The notes beneath the pieces were generated by a model, which made no database searches, had not been told where the DNA came from, and saw only the letters and a program-made list of their open reading frames with translations. From the IMG/VR virus record IMGVR_UViG_3300020177_000966: a DNA stretch of 64,000 nucleotides; one strand, given 5' to 3'. A program made the translations under genes and the position numbers. Positions 8,104-17,259 of this stretch are shown piece by piece. This DNA comes from a virus (Duplodnaviria; Caudoviricetes). The stretch's first letter is position 1; the number at the start of each line of letters is the position of its first letter.

Positions 8104-9046
8104 GTATTATTTTGGTCTTAGATTTTGCTAGTACTGCTCCTACACAACTGCCAGGGTCTCCTGGGTTAGGTGGAACCCAAACATTATCCCAATGACTGCG
8201 AATCTTATCTACAGCATCTCTGTTAAGGGCACCGCCGCCAGCTAGTGCTAAACTATTAGATCCTGTTTGTACCTTGGCCCATATGCTCAAACAACTTACT
8301 GCATATTCAAATATAGTCTGTGTAGCGGCCGCAATATCGTACATGTCTTGCTTTGAATTTAATTCGGGTCTCCACCACTGACAACCTCTGTGTAGATTTT
8401 CTCTCATCATAATCTTTTGAGGGTTGCGACTTTCATGATCTAAATTGATAAGCTCTTTACGCATCGCATGTACTAGTCGTTTCGAATTACCTTTCTTTGC
8501 CCATTGGGCTACTAGGTATTCGTCACGTTGTGGTACTAGTCCCATACGTTGTGTCATAGCACTGTAGAAAAGTCCAAGGCTATGCGGGTACCCTTGGTTA
8601 TAAATCTTTTTAAGTTTGTTGTTCTTTCCATGCCATATAGTTAGGGTCTCAAATTCTCCAATTGAATCTAAACAAATTACAGCACAGTTATCATAGGGTT
8701 GTGTGTAATAAGCATAAGCCGCATGTGATAAATGATGTTGGGTATACTCTATCTTACATGTAATGTCCCAACGTTTAAGATAGGCTCTGATATCATTCTC
8801 TTTGCGTAGCCAACCCTGCCCAGCTTTAAGCTGACGTAGTGTTTTTAAGAACGGACGTTCGTACCAAATTACTTTAGAGGGCGGACCAAAACTTTGTCGG
8901 GCTACTTCTAACTGAGTCCAATTAAAGTCTGGGTCGTTAGGAACTCCTGAAAAATCTTTTGCTAGGCTTGCCCATAACAATTGATTGTTATCAAATACTG
9001 CTAAACTTGCATCGTGGCTGTTACCAACCATACCCCATGTAATCAT
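8075..9046 (-). CDS. carbamoyltransferase (NodU/CmcH family), N-terminal Kae1-like domain only
   Basis: HDASLA, HHLSHAAYAYY, LDSIGE, SLGLFYS, ALAGGGALN, PGDPGSCVGA; ends at 323 aa with no YrdC-like C-domain. Confidence 0.85.
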   Translation of the reverse strand: MITWGMVGNSHDASLAVFDNNQLLWASLAKDFSGVPNDPDFNWTQLEVARQSFGPPSKVIWYERPFLKTLRQLKAGQGWLRKENDIRAYLKRWDITCKIEYTQHHLSHAAYAYYTQPYDNCAVICLDSIGEFETLTIWHGKNNKLKKIYNQGYPHSLGLFYSAMTQRMGLVPQRDEYLVAQWAKKGNSKRLVHAMRKELINLDHESRNPQKIMMRENLHRGCQWWRPELNSKQDMYDIAAATQTIFEYAVSCLSIWAKVQTGSNSLALAGGGALNRDAVDKIRSHWDNVWVPPNPGDPGSCVGAVLAKSKTKIILDNRWYKKV

Positions 9047-9054
9047 GTCACTTC

Positions 9055-9177
9055 CTATTTGTAAATAAATGGATCACGCTTTTTTAATTCTTCAATTTTT
9101 TGTTTTAGTAATCTATCACGCTTCCATTTTTTGTAAGGACTACTAATTATATTCCATACCTTTTTTAACCAAACCAT
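9055..9177 (-). CDS. small basic protein (40 aa, ends KKRDPFIYK)
   Basis: Hand translation MVWLKKVWNIISSPYKKWKRDRLLKQKIEELKKRDPFIYK; fills the primase-carbamoyltransferase gap. Confidence 0.7.
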   Translation of the reverse strand: MVWLKKVWNIISSPYKKWKRDRLLKQKIEELKKRDPFIYK

Positions 9178-10145
9178 TTTTTGCTCCTTAGCTGTATTTT
9201 TAATTTAGACGACTCTGCATTAGATGCAATTTTATAAAGTGTATAAAGTCTTCCATGACGTTGCACACAATCGCCTATGTCATTAATATCGCTATCCCAA
9301 TCAGGCAAAGATACTTGCCATCCTAGCTCAATTGCTTGTTCTACTAGTTTACTTCCTGCTTTGTCTCTATCGGGAACAACAATTACATCTTTACTTAACT
9401 GATTAATCAGCATGGCCTGTTGATCTTTGATTTCGCTACCAAGTAATGCACAACCTTCTATGTGTAACGCATCAATTGGTCCTTCACAAACAATAACAAA
9501 CATTTTATTATGTCTTTGTTCATCTAATCCATATACAAATCCAGGCTGTACTTCTGTAAGGTACTTAGGCTTCTTCTCTGGTGTGATAGCCCTAGCAGTC
9601 CAACCTACTACCCTACCTTCAAAGTAGAAGGGTATGATCAATCTATCACGGTATCCTAGTGATGGGCTCCAGTAATAGTCTGTGTCGTCTACGTTTAGAT
9701 TACGCTGGGCCATGTATTCTAACACAGCCATGCTGTACTTGTTGAAGTCTGTAATGTCTGTAATCTTAATCGCATCTTCTGGCAACGGGACAGTATTGAA
9801 TGTAGGTAGCTCTGTTATGCGAGTCTTGGCCACAACGCCTTCATTCTCTTGCATTACTTGTAGTGCAAGTTTATTAATAATATCGTCAGGTGTTCCAACC
9901 CATTGTAAAAGTTTACGTAATTTTTGTGAAACATTGCGTCCAGGTTGCCAACTTGCTTTGAAGCCGCAGTTAAAGCAGTGATAACTTATATTATCACCCT
10001 CTTGGATAACGCCACCGCGTCCTCGAGTATCTGCACTATTACCATTATGGTGACAGCAGGGAGCATTGAAACTAACCCACCCACTAGGAGTAGTCTTACG
10101 TTTCGCTGGTAGATATGCTAAGACTGTTTCACTGACGATACTCAT
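9165..10145 (-). CDS. DNA primase (T4 gp61/DnaG-like)
   Basis: Zn-binding CCHH...YHCFNC, TOPRIM EGPIDA and PDRD motifs. Confidence 0.92.
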   Translation of the reverse strand: MSIVSETVLAYLPAKRKTTPSGWVSFNAPCCHHNGNSADTRGRGGVIQEGDNISYHCFNCGFKASWQPGRNVSQKLRKLLQWVGTPDDIINKLALQVMQENEGVVAKTRITELPTFNTVPLPEDAIKITDITDFNKYSMAVLEYMAQRNLNVDDTDYYWSPSLGYRDRLIIPFYFEGRVVGWTARAITPEKKPKYLTEVQPGFVYGLDEQRHNKMFVIVCEGPIDALHIEGCALLGSEIKDQQAMLINQLSKDVIVVPDRDKAGSKLVEQAIELGWQVSLPDWDSDINDIGDCVQRHGRLYTLYKIASNAESSKLKIQLRSKKWFG

Positions 10146-10152
10146 AGTTACT

Positions 10153-10181
10153 ATAGTAACATCAAATGTAAGTTAAGTCAA
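10153..10181 (-). promoter_or_regulatory. sigma70-type promoter of the primase gene (extended -10)
   Basis: TTGACT (10181-10176), 17 nt ending in TGT, TACTAT (10158-10153), 7 nt, ATG. Confidence 0.7.
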
Positions 10182-10952
10182 CTAGTTTCTTAAAAGAATT
10201 TTATCAATTGTTCCAGTATTTCCGCTATCGTTAGCATATTTAAATCGTATATTACTAAACACACCATTAAAGTTAGCGTAGTATGGTTCGTCTGGAGTTG
10301 CTAGTGTTTCTGTTGATATATCAAACCAACTAACAGTATCGTTGGTATCAAGTGTTCCTTGAATAGTTACTGTGCCTGCAAAGTTAGTAGAATATATTGC
10401 AACAGTATGTAATGCAGTATTACTATTAATTTCAGGCTGTGCATCAATTACAGTGCTAGTATTGTTGATCCAGGTTGTAATAGTTTTTGAATTAATAGGT
10501 CCTGGAAATGCGCTCCCTGTTAATTCAATAGTACCAGAGATTCCAAATTGGCTGTCTGCATATGTAATAGTGTTCGTTTGATCACTATCCTTATAAAGAT
10601 AAACTGTGTAAGAAAGATATTGGGAGTTAATGTTTACAGTGTCGCCATCAGCAATATTAATTGTAAACTGTCCTTTATAGTTAGGTGTAGCAGTTTCTTT
10701 AACTGTACCTAAGTATTTTTTTAATAAAACATTGTTTTCCGTAAACACTTCTACATAAGGTGTATATGTGTTTAATATTGATACAGGTTTTTGATCACTG
10801 TTTTTAACTTCAAAGGTAATAACATTGTCAATTCCTTTTGTTACTTTTAGATTACGCTGATACACTTTTCTATACTCCACTGGTTTTCCGTGGAAGCCAT
10901 CTAAGACTACCACCGAATGATTTTGAACTAAATATCTTGACACTAGTTGCAT
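10182..10952 (-). CDS. hypothetical protein, probable virion structural protein
   Basis: Thr/Asn-rich beta-type sequence; ATAAATA late box upstream (10981-10975). Confidence 0.55.
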   Translation of the reverse strand: MQLVSRYLVQNHSVVVLDGFHGKPVEYRKVYQRNLKVTKGIDNVITFEVKNSDQKPVSILNTYTPYVEVFTENNVLLKKYLGTVKETATPNYKGQFTINIADGDTVNINSQYLSYTVYLYKDSDQTNTITYADSQFGISGTIELTGSAFPGPINSKTITTWINNTSTVIDAQPEINSNTALHTVAIYSTNFAGTVTIQGTLDTNDTVSWFDISTETLATPDEPYYANFNGVFSNIRFKYANDSGNTGTIDKILLRN

Positions 10953-10987
10953 TTAATAATTTCCCTAACTAGTGTATTTATTGGATT

Positions 10988-11359
10988 ATGTTAAGAAAAG
11001 ATATAGAAGAAAAATTTCCGTTTTTAAGTGTCGTTACTTATGGCGGCCTTGAATACATAGGAATTGTAAATAATCAAGATGCCTACATTACTAGTATGTA
11101 CGTGTTTACACAACTACGAACAGAAAATGAAAAGGCAAAGTTTATTGAATTAGGCGAAGTATGGTGGTGGGAATCAAATAGAATGATTCCTATTAATATC
11201 TTTCTTAATAAAGATATGCAACAATTTAAGTATGCAATGATGACTATGAATAGTAAAGATGTTAAGGTAGGATTAGGTCCTACCGTAAATCTAAACAAGT
11301 TGCATGTAAAAAGAGTTAAACGTAAAAGTGTACAGCTTTTGAGAAAACCTACAAAGTAA
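10988..11359 (+). CDS. conserved hypothetical phage protein
   Basis: 123-aa ORF, protein-like (EVWWWESNRMIPINIF), convergent with the mini-DnaE gene. Confidence 0.7.
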   Translation: MLRKDIEEKFPFLSVVTYGGLEYIGIVNNQDAYITSMYVFTQLRTENEKAKFIELGEVWWWESNRMIPINIFLNKDMQQFKYAMMTMNSKDVKVGLGPTVNLNKLHVKRVKRKSVQLLRKPTK

Positions 11360-11909
11360 GAGTTTCACAAATTAAATTCATGTGTACTACACATGCCATT
11401 GCATAGGAAACGGCATGTGCTTTCTTAAAGTAATATGAACCGTCAGTTGGCTTTGTCCATACTTCCTGAAAAATCGAATTCCAACTGCTCCCAGCTAGAT
11501 GTCTCTTTCCCGGTCGAATTATCGCTAGTGTCGCCGCTAATTCTAATACCGAGTTGGGCTTCAAGACTTTTAATAGACTGCTGTGTCCGTTTAGATGAAA
11601 GACCTTTTCGCTGAAGTCCTCGTGCTCCAATAGTTCCCATAGTGGTTCCCTTTCCATTAGTTCTGTTAAATGTGCTTCATCCCTAACGCCTTTGTATATG
11701 CTCACGTTAAGGAAGTCTAGTTTAAAGTAGCCACGTTCTTCTGCGGTCTTGTAGTCAACTGTGGCCAAGTTGTCTACAGGGTTGTGTGGAATCTCAGTTG
11801 CATAGACTCCGGTGTTATGCTTCTTGTCTGTATCAAGTTTAGCAACACGATGCTTGAGATTATCAAGCACAATGGTTCTATCAGCGAAGTCTATATCAAT
11901 ATCAGGCAT
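11349..11909 (-). CDS. miniature DNA polymerase III alpha (DnaE/C-family) catalytic-core protein
   Basis: PDIDIDF, KHNTGV, GYFKLDFL, VFHL, LAIIRPG and YYFKKAHAVSYA occur in DnaE order within 186 aa. Confidence 0.85.
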   Translation of the reverse strand: MPDIDIDFADRTIVLDNLKHRVAKLDTDKKHNTGVYATEIPHNPVDNLATVDYKTAEERGYFKLDFLNVSIYKGVRDEAHLTELMEREPLWELLEHEDFSEKVFHLNGHSSLLKVLKPNSVLELAATLAIIRPGKRHLAGSSWNSIFQEVWTKPTDGSYYFKKAHAVSYAMACVVHMNLICETLTL

Positions 11910-12417
11910 TTTGTTTTTGTTCTATTGCTTCAGCTTTTGCTTGAGCTTCTTTCCATTTAATTGGTGGTACATGATCAATATACATGATGCCGTTTAGATG
12001 ATCTAATTCGTGCAGGAAACATCTTGCAGTATATCCTGTAAGTGTTTCTTCTCGCACTTTACCAAATTCATTAATCCACTTTGCTTTAATTTTATGCGGA
12101 CGGTTAACTGATAACGTAATGTTAGGAGTACTCAAACATGACTCCCACATATCAACACTAGGTTCAATATATTCAACTACTTCTGGATTGATACATAGTG
12201 CATCTCTTTCTTGAATATTATTAGTACTAGTATTAAGTAATGCAAATACTCTAAAGTCATAACCCATCTGGTTAGCAGAAAGACCTATGCCGCCGTGCTC
12301 TTTCATTAATGCAAACATTTCTTTTTTAAGATTGACTGGATCCATAGGAGGGTTTTCAAAATCCCAGGGTTTACATTTAGATGTCAATCTTTCATCTGGA
12401 TAATATACTAAACTCAT
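11902..12417 (-). CDS. def: peptide deformylase
   Basis: GIGLSANQ, ESCLS and HELDH motifs. Confidence 0.95.
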   Translation of the reverse strand: MSLVYYPDERLTSKCKPWDFENPPMDPVNLKKEMFALMKEHGGIGLSANQMGYDFRVFALLNTSTNNIQERDALCINPEVVEYIEPSVDMWESCLSTPNITLSVNRPHKIKAKWINEFGKVREETLTGYTARCFLHELDHLNGIMYIDHVPPIKWKEAQAKAEAIEQKQNA

Positions 12418-12995
12418 TTTTTCTCCTTATAAAAGTAATCAACTACAAATATCCTTTTGTCAGTTCTTGTAGGATATGCTCCGTGCAAGACTGTGCTTTT
12501 AAAAATTAATACATCACCTCTGCTAGGCTTATAGCAAAGATCGTGTGTATTTCCTTGACCATCATAAAGGAATGCAAATGTTCCTCCGTGCCACGCTGTA
12601 GGATCATCGTCACCATCTGTTAGATAGCAAACTGCACTAATCTTTTTAATAGTCTGGTCACTGTGTCTATGTGCTTTTTGCCAGCCGCCTTTTTTGTAAT
12701 CAACGATCCACAATGCACATAAATCAGTTAGCTCTATATTTAATCCAACTTGGTCAATCTTTTCTTGTAAAAATGGTTTGTATTTCCATTCATTTAGATA
12801 GGCTTGTGGATGTACGTTAAATTGCTTTCCTCTGTAAGTAGTAGTTTGGTCACTTACATCTTCTCTAGTATCGCTAGGAAAAACTTTCTTATCCCAATGA
12901 AAGTCAAACTCTTCAGGATCAGGATAGTTTGTTTCAATTATCCATTGATGTTCGTTACCTAGTAAGTGAGTTTTCAAATTATATTCTCCTGCCAT
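12414..12995 (-). CDS. 2OG-Fe(II) oxygenase superfamily protein
   Basis: GGWQKAHRHSD (HxH/HxD facial motif), GDVLIFKSTVLHG and distal R in a DSBH pattern. Confidence 0.75.
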   Translation of the reverse strand: MAGEYNLKTHLLGNEHQWIIETNYPDPEEFDFHWDKKVFPSDTREDVSDQTTTYRGKQFNVHPQAYLNEWKYKPFLQEKIDQVGLNIELTDLCALWIVDYKKGGWQKAHRHSDQTIKKISAVCYLTDGDDDPTAWHGGTFAFLYDGQGNTHDLCYKPSRGDVLIFKSTVLHGAYPTRTDKRIFVVDYFYKEKK

Positions 12996-13984
12996 TTTTC
13001 TTCATCTTTCCAAGTGTAATTATAAATTTTTTGGTTGCCATCTAGTTCAATTTTATACAGATCATTGCGTTTTAGTATTTCATTAACAGTATTTTGATTA
13101 CTTTCATCTGTAATTAGATCTGCGACTACGCCTGTTTTTAGTGCAAGACGAGGATCGTGTATGTTCCAATTATTCTTTTTTAACCACTTAATATATTTTT
13201 TATTTTTTAATGTACGACTAGGTCCAGAAAACTTTACAGTCCATTCGCCAGTAACGTATTTAATTCCTGAAATATTTTTTCTTTCTATATCTGTATCATT
13301 GTCGTCAAAGACTTCTTTATGTTGTTTTCCTAACTGAGCATAATAAAGTGTTAAAGAACCAAAAGGAACTACATCAGAAAAGTCTTTATAATTTTCTAAA
13401 TTTAATTCTTCAAAAGTTTTATTCTCAAAATGTCTACCATTAGAATTAAGACCGTTAAGACTGCCAAAAATACCAGGGCTACTATTACGTTCGATTGATC
13501 CAATTATTCCTTCTATTTCATGACATAGATTGTTGAGCATTCTTATACTAAATCTTACTCTAATAGGAATATCATCTCTCAACCACCATTCGCTATGATC
13601 CCATGCTTGTCCAATTAAAATTTCAAAATGATGATGTATTTTATTCAATAACTCTTCTTGAGAATTACTTTGTAATCCTTCTAGTGTGAAATTTAAATCA
13701 ATAACAGGATACCCTATAGTTGGCATAAAACTGTTAATATTTGAAATATGAGAATTTAAAAGATTGCATAGATATGTTAAATTTCTAGGATAATTAGTTT
13801 CCCATGTATTTTGCCAGCCATGCAAACAATAGGTTTTTTCAATAGGATGATTGTTTTCAAAAAAGTTTTTATTCAAACACTTTTTCCATAATTTACCTAA
13901 GCTATTGTCTCTAATTTTATATGACAACTGATAATCAGAAAATTGTCCGTTTGTGTCTCTTAATGTAAAAACTAACTCACTCAT
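12974..13984 (-). CDS. hypothetical protein
   Basis: 336-aa ORF, AT-rich, coupled to both neighbours. Confidence 0.7.
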   Translation of the reverse strand: MSELVFTLRDTNGQFSDYQLSYKIRDNSLGKLWKKCLNKNFFENNHPIEKTYCLHGWQNTWETNYPRNLTYLCNLLNSHISNINSFMPTIGYPVIDLNFTLEGLQSNSQEELLNKIHHHFEILIGQAWDHSEWWLRDDIPIRVRFSIRMLNNLCHEIEGIIGSIERNSSPGIFGSLNGLNSNGRHFENKTFEELNLENYKDFSDVVPFGSLTLYYAQLGKQHKEVFDDNDTDIERKNISGIKYVTGEWTVKFSGPSRTLKNKKYIKWLKKNNWNIHDPRLALKTGVVADLITDESNQNTVNEILKRNDLYKIELDGNQKIYNYTWKDEEKWQENII

Positions 13985-14670
13985 AAATTAGATTCCTTTG
14001 CCACTTCTTTAACTACTTCTACATCAGCATGTTTTCTTTTAAATCTCATTGCCCAGTGTGTTGGATTAACAATCTCAAATATCATTCCAAGTTGCTCATC
14101 GTTAAATTTACTTAACATGTCTTTGCCGCTCTTACAATTTAAAAGTAGCCAAGGTGATATTTTTCCATCTTTGATATGCCACAAGGCTCTATTCAAACTC
14201 ACATGTTGGAAATAATGATTCCATGGTGCAGGTTCATTCTCTTCAGCCCATTCCATCATAGTTGTAATAGATCTTTTTATAGCAACCTGCATATCTTCTT
14301 TTAGAATTAAATCAATAGCATACTTTTCATACATTTCTTCTTTGCACCAGTGATCTAACTTTATACCACTAGTTACTACATAGTCAATATATTTTTCAGG
14401 GTATAAAGGACGAACGTTAGAAATAAAACTTCCAAACTTAACAAAAGCATTATAATACGGAGATCCGCAGAACTCGTCATATGTTTTATCTCTTTTAGAT
14501 CCTGCAGATAGTTTATAAAATCTTTGAAAAGCATAAAATCCTAACTGTACTCGTTTCTCATTCTTTTGCAATGCACGTCTTTTCTTTTCGCACATATGCA
14601 CTGCTAAAGTTTTTTCTTTAGTATAACTAGATCCGCAATATTCGCACTTGTATGGCTTTTCAATACTCAT
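13981..14670 (-). CDS. conserved phage protein with N-terminal C2HC zinc finger
   Basis: YKCEYCGSSYTKEKTLAVHMC; start moved to MSIEK (14670). Confidence 0.75.
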   Translation of the reverse strand: MSIEKPYKCEYCGSSYTKEKTLAVHMCEKKRRALQKNEKRVQLGFYAFQRFYKLSAGSKRDKTYDEFCGSPYYNAFVKFGSFISNVRPLYPEKYIDYVVTSGIKLDHWCKEEMYEKYAIDLILKEDMQVAIKRSITTMMEWAEENEPAPWNHYFQHVSLNRALWHIKDGKISPWLLLNCKSGKDMLSKFNDEQLGMIFEIVNPTHWAMRFKRKHADVEVVKEVAKESNL

Positions 14671-14674
14671 AACT

Positions 14675-15403
14675 TTAAAGGACCCATTTGATTGTTTTGC
14701 CGGCTTCAAATATTCTATCATATTTCATTAACTCTCTCGAACGTAATTTATCTTGCCAGTCTGAAACAAAACGTTTTGACTTTTCACTTACTTTATATTG
14801 TAGCACATTTTCAACAAAATTGCAATGCTCTAATGGCAACGGATGATCTTCAATTTGCCATGTTTGATTCGCTAATATTTGAGGTCTTGTTTTATCTTTT
14901 TGTATATTTGGATACCAACAATATTCTTGTAAGGTTTTTGTTTGCGGCCTTACCCAAGTTTCATATCTGTCTAAAATATTAGCAATAGTTTTATCTTCTA
15001 ATAGTAAGTTATCAGTATAAGGATTATTAATGCTAGTACTAATAACTGTTGCTCCTGTAGTACGTAAACTATATAGTGTGCTAGTTATAAGATTGCAATC
15101 TCTATACACGTAATGTGCTAAGTCTTCTACATTATCTTTATAGAAAAAGATGTTTCCTTTAGTTTGCCAACCATCTTTGTAAACATCATCTCTAAAAAAA
15201 TTACTCCACATGATAATGATTGTGTCGTCTCTATTAAATTTCTTTAACGCATTGGTTTCACAAATGCGGTTTGCAATTAGTTGATTGCCACTGCCTAAAC
15301 GTCCACAGTTATATCCTTCATCGACATCATTAATAATAATGTCAGCCCAAGTAGGATAATAGTATTTTGTAAAACTGCACCCATAGGCAAAAAAGCGACT
15401 CAA
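14675..15403 (-). CDS. hypothetical protein, SGNH-like
   Basis: AYGCSFT, GSGN, late DHP motif. Confidence 0.55.
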   Translation of the reverse strand: MSRFFAYGCSFTKYYYPTWADIIINDVDEGYNCGRLGSGNQLIANRICETNALKKFNRDDTIIIMWSNFFRDDVYKDGWQTKGNIFFYKDNVEDLAHYVYRDCNLITSTLYSLRTTGATVISTSINNPYTDNLLLEDKTIANILDRYETWVRPQTKTLQEYCWYPNIQKDKTRPQILANQTWQIEDHPLPLEHCNFVENVLQYKVSEKSKRFVSDWQDKLRSRELMKYDRIFEAGKTIKWVL

Positions 15404-15855
15404 AGTTTAACCTCGTCTATTCCCATATCTTTTGCCAGCTGAATAATTTCTTTTTTAGTAGATAGCTTTGCAATCATTTTAATTTCGTCAAGTTTTTTAT
15501 TTGGGTATAATGTAATTAGAAACTTAACTGTTTTGTTGTTATCAGCATCTTTTTTCTTGTTTCCAATCCATTCATGATACTGAATAGATTTTGTATTTCC
15601 TGATAGGCATAAAAGTTGCCATAAAAGTTTTTTATGTTTTTGTAGTGTAAAGAAATGTTTATTGTAATATTCATTTGTTTTAAACACAGCAAGTTCTTGT
15701 GCTTCTCTATTACCTTTAACTGCACTTACATATCTGTTAAGCAGATAAAAACTTACTTGTTTACGTTCTTCTTCCGACAGTTCATCCCAAACAGATATGG
15801 CCCCCATATCTATTGCGGCAAGTATATCTTTTAGTGGTAATTTTTTATCTGCCAT
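15400..15855 (-). CDS. clamp-loader small subunit (T4 gp62-like)
   Basis: FYLLNRYVS...NEYYN...LLWQLL...YHEWI pattern, size and replication-gene context. Confidence 0.65.
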   Translation of the reverse strand: MADKKLPLKDILAAIDMGAISVWDELSEEERKQVSFYLLNRYVSAVKGNREAQELAVFKTNEYYNKHFFTLQKHKKLLWQLLCLSGNTKSIQYHEWIGNKKKDADNNKTVKFLITLYPNKKLDEIKMIAKLSTKKEIIQLAKDMGIDEVKL

Positions 15856-16514
15856 GTTTCAACATCCTCCGGGGTATTAATCTCTACTCCATTAAAGTAT
15901 ACACTATTACAGCCGATTTGCCAACCGTTTTTTAGCCATCTCAACTGTTCTAGTTGCTCAATTCTTTCTTCTGCTTCTATAAGCAGGTGTGGATATGCTT
16001 GCAATGCTTGTTTGCGATAACCATAAACACCCAAGTGCCAGTCGCCATATCCTGTCATGCCTCTGCCAAACCATAATGCTTGATCACCTGCACGTACCAT
16101 CTTAACACTGTTAGGATCGTTTTGCATTTCAGCTGGCATTGTTGTGTACACTGTGCTTACTTCATATTGAGATAAACTAGCAATACAATTTTCAATTAGT
16201 TCTACAGTAACATCAGGCATGTCGCCTTGTACATTAATGAACTGATCAAAGTCGTCAAACACTCTACTGTTTACTGCTCCGGCACATCTTTCTGTGCCGT
16301 TTTGGTAATCTGTTGTGTCCATAATACACTTACCGCCGCCCATATAGTTGTATATGTCTTGGTGGTCAGTAAGCACAAATGTTGGTAGGTTAGACGCTGT
16401 ACAAGCGTCATACACACGTCTTATCATAGGAACGCCATCTAACATACACATAGGCTTTCCTTTGAAGCGTGTGCTGTTATATCTAGCCGGTATAAGAATA
16501 GCGGTGGATGTCAT
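15831..16514 (-). CDS. kdsB: 3-deoxy-manno-octulosonate cytidylyltransferase (CMP-Kdo synthetase)
   Basis: IPARYNSTRFKGKP, NVQGD, HLGVYGY, EQLEQLRWL. Confidence 0.92.
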   Translation of the reverse strand: MTSTAILIPARYNSTRFKGKPMCMLDGVPMIRRVYDACTASNLPTFVLTDHQDIYNYMGGGKCIMDTTDYQNGTERCAGAVNSRVFDDFDQFINVQGDMPDVTVELIENCIASLSQYEVSTVYTTMPAEMQNDPNSVKMVRAGDQALWFGRGMTGYGDWHLGVYGYRKQALQAYPHLLIEAEERIEQLEQLRWLKNGWQIGCNSVYFNGVEINTPEDVETWQIKNYH

Positions 16515-17259
16515 CTACAACCCTTTCAAAGTCTTCTAGTTTTAACATGTTAGGACCGTCGCTAGGTGCTAGATCAGGGTTAGCATGGACTTCCATAAAA
16601 AAGGATGTGATCCCAAGAGCAGACCCAGCCCTAGTGATCCCAGGGACATAATCACGGTTCCCACCACTACTATCACCCTGGCCTCCAGGTTTCTGTACTG
16701 CGTGAGTAGCATCAAGCACAATAGGAACATCATAGTTATCAAGCATATACTGTAGACCAGTAAAGTCCACGACCAAAGTATTGTATCCAAAACTTGTACC
16801 TCTTTCAGTAATCCAAACTTCTTTTGCGTCTGTACACTTACTTAGTATTCCTTTAACATCCCAGGGTGCTAAGAACTGTCCTTTTTTAATATTCACAATC
16901 ATTCCTGTGTCGCAGGCTGACGTAATCAAATCTGTTTGTCTACACAAGAACGCAGGAATCTGTAGAACATCTACAGCATCTCTAAACTGATTGCGTATAG
17001 TAGAAACTTGTTCAGAAGTATGTACATCAGTTAATGTTTTTAACCCTGGTATTTCTTTTTTCATAGTTTGAAAATCGTATAACGTAGTAAATAAACCTTG
17101 GCCTCTTTCTCCGTTTACACTAGTACGATTTGCTTTGTCGTAACTGGCTTTGAAGTAATATTCAATGCCATACTTGGCGCAAACTCTTGCACACTTTTCT
17201 GCAATCTCAATACTTTGTTCTAGTGTTTCGTGTTGGCAGGGTCCTGCAATAATTCTCAT
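16483..17259 (-). CDS. kdsA: Kdo-8-phosphate synthase
   Basis: IAGPC, KASYDKANRTS, QIPAFLCRQTDL, NIKKGQFLAPW, TERG, DATHAVQKPG, SDGPN. Confidence 0.95.
   Translation of the reverse strand: MRIIAGPCQHETLEQSIEIAEKCARVCAKYGIEYYFKASYDKANRTSVNGERGQGLFTTLYDFQTMKKEIPGLKTLTDVHTSEQVSTIRNQFRDAVDVLQIPAFLCRQTDLITSACDTGMIVNIKKGQFLAPWDVKGILSKCTDAKEVWITERGTSFGYNTLVVDFTGLQYMLDNYDVPIVLDATHAVQKPGGQGDSSGGNRDYVPGITRAGSALGITSFFMEVHANPDLAPSDGPNMLKLEDFERVVDDIHRYSYTG

Noticed and set aside
11349-11909. Mini-DnaE as a simple pseudogene fragment
   Set aside because: Motifs from widely separated parts of DnaE are joined in one intact, translationally coupled ORF, which is not the pattern of a truncation
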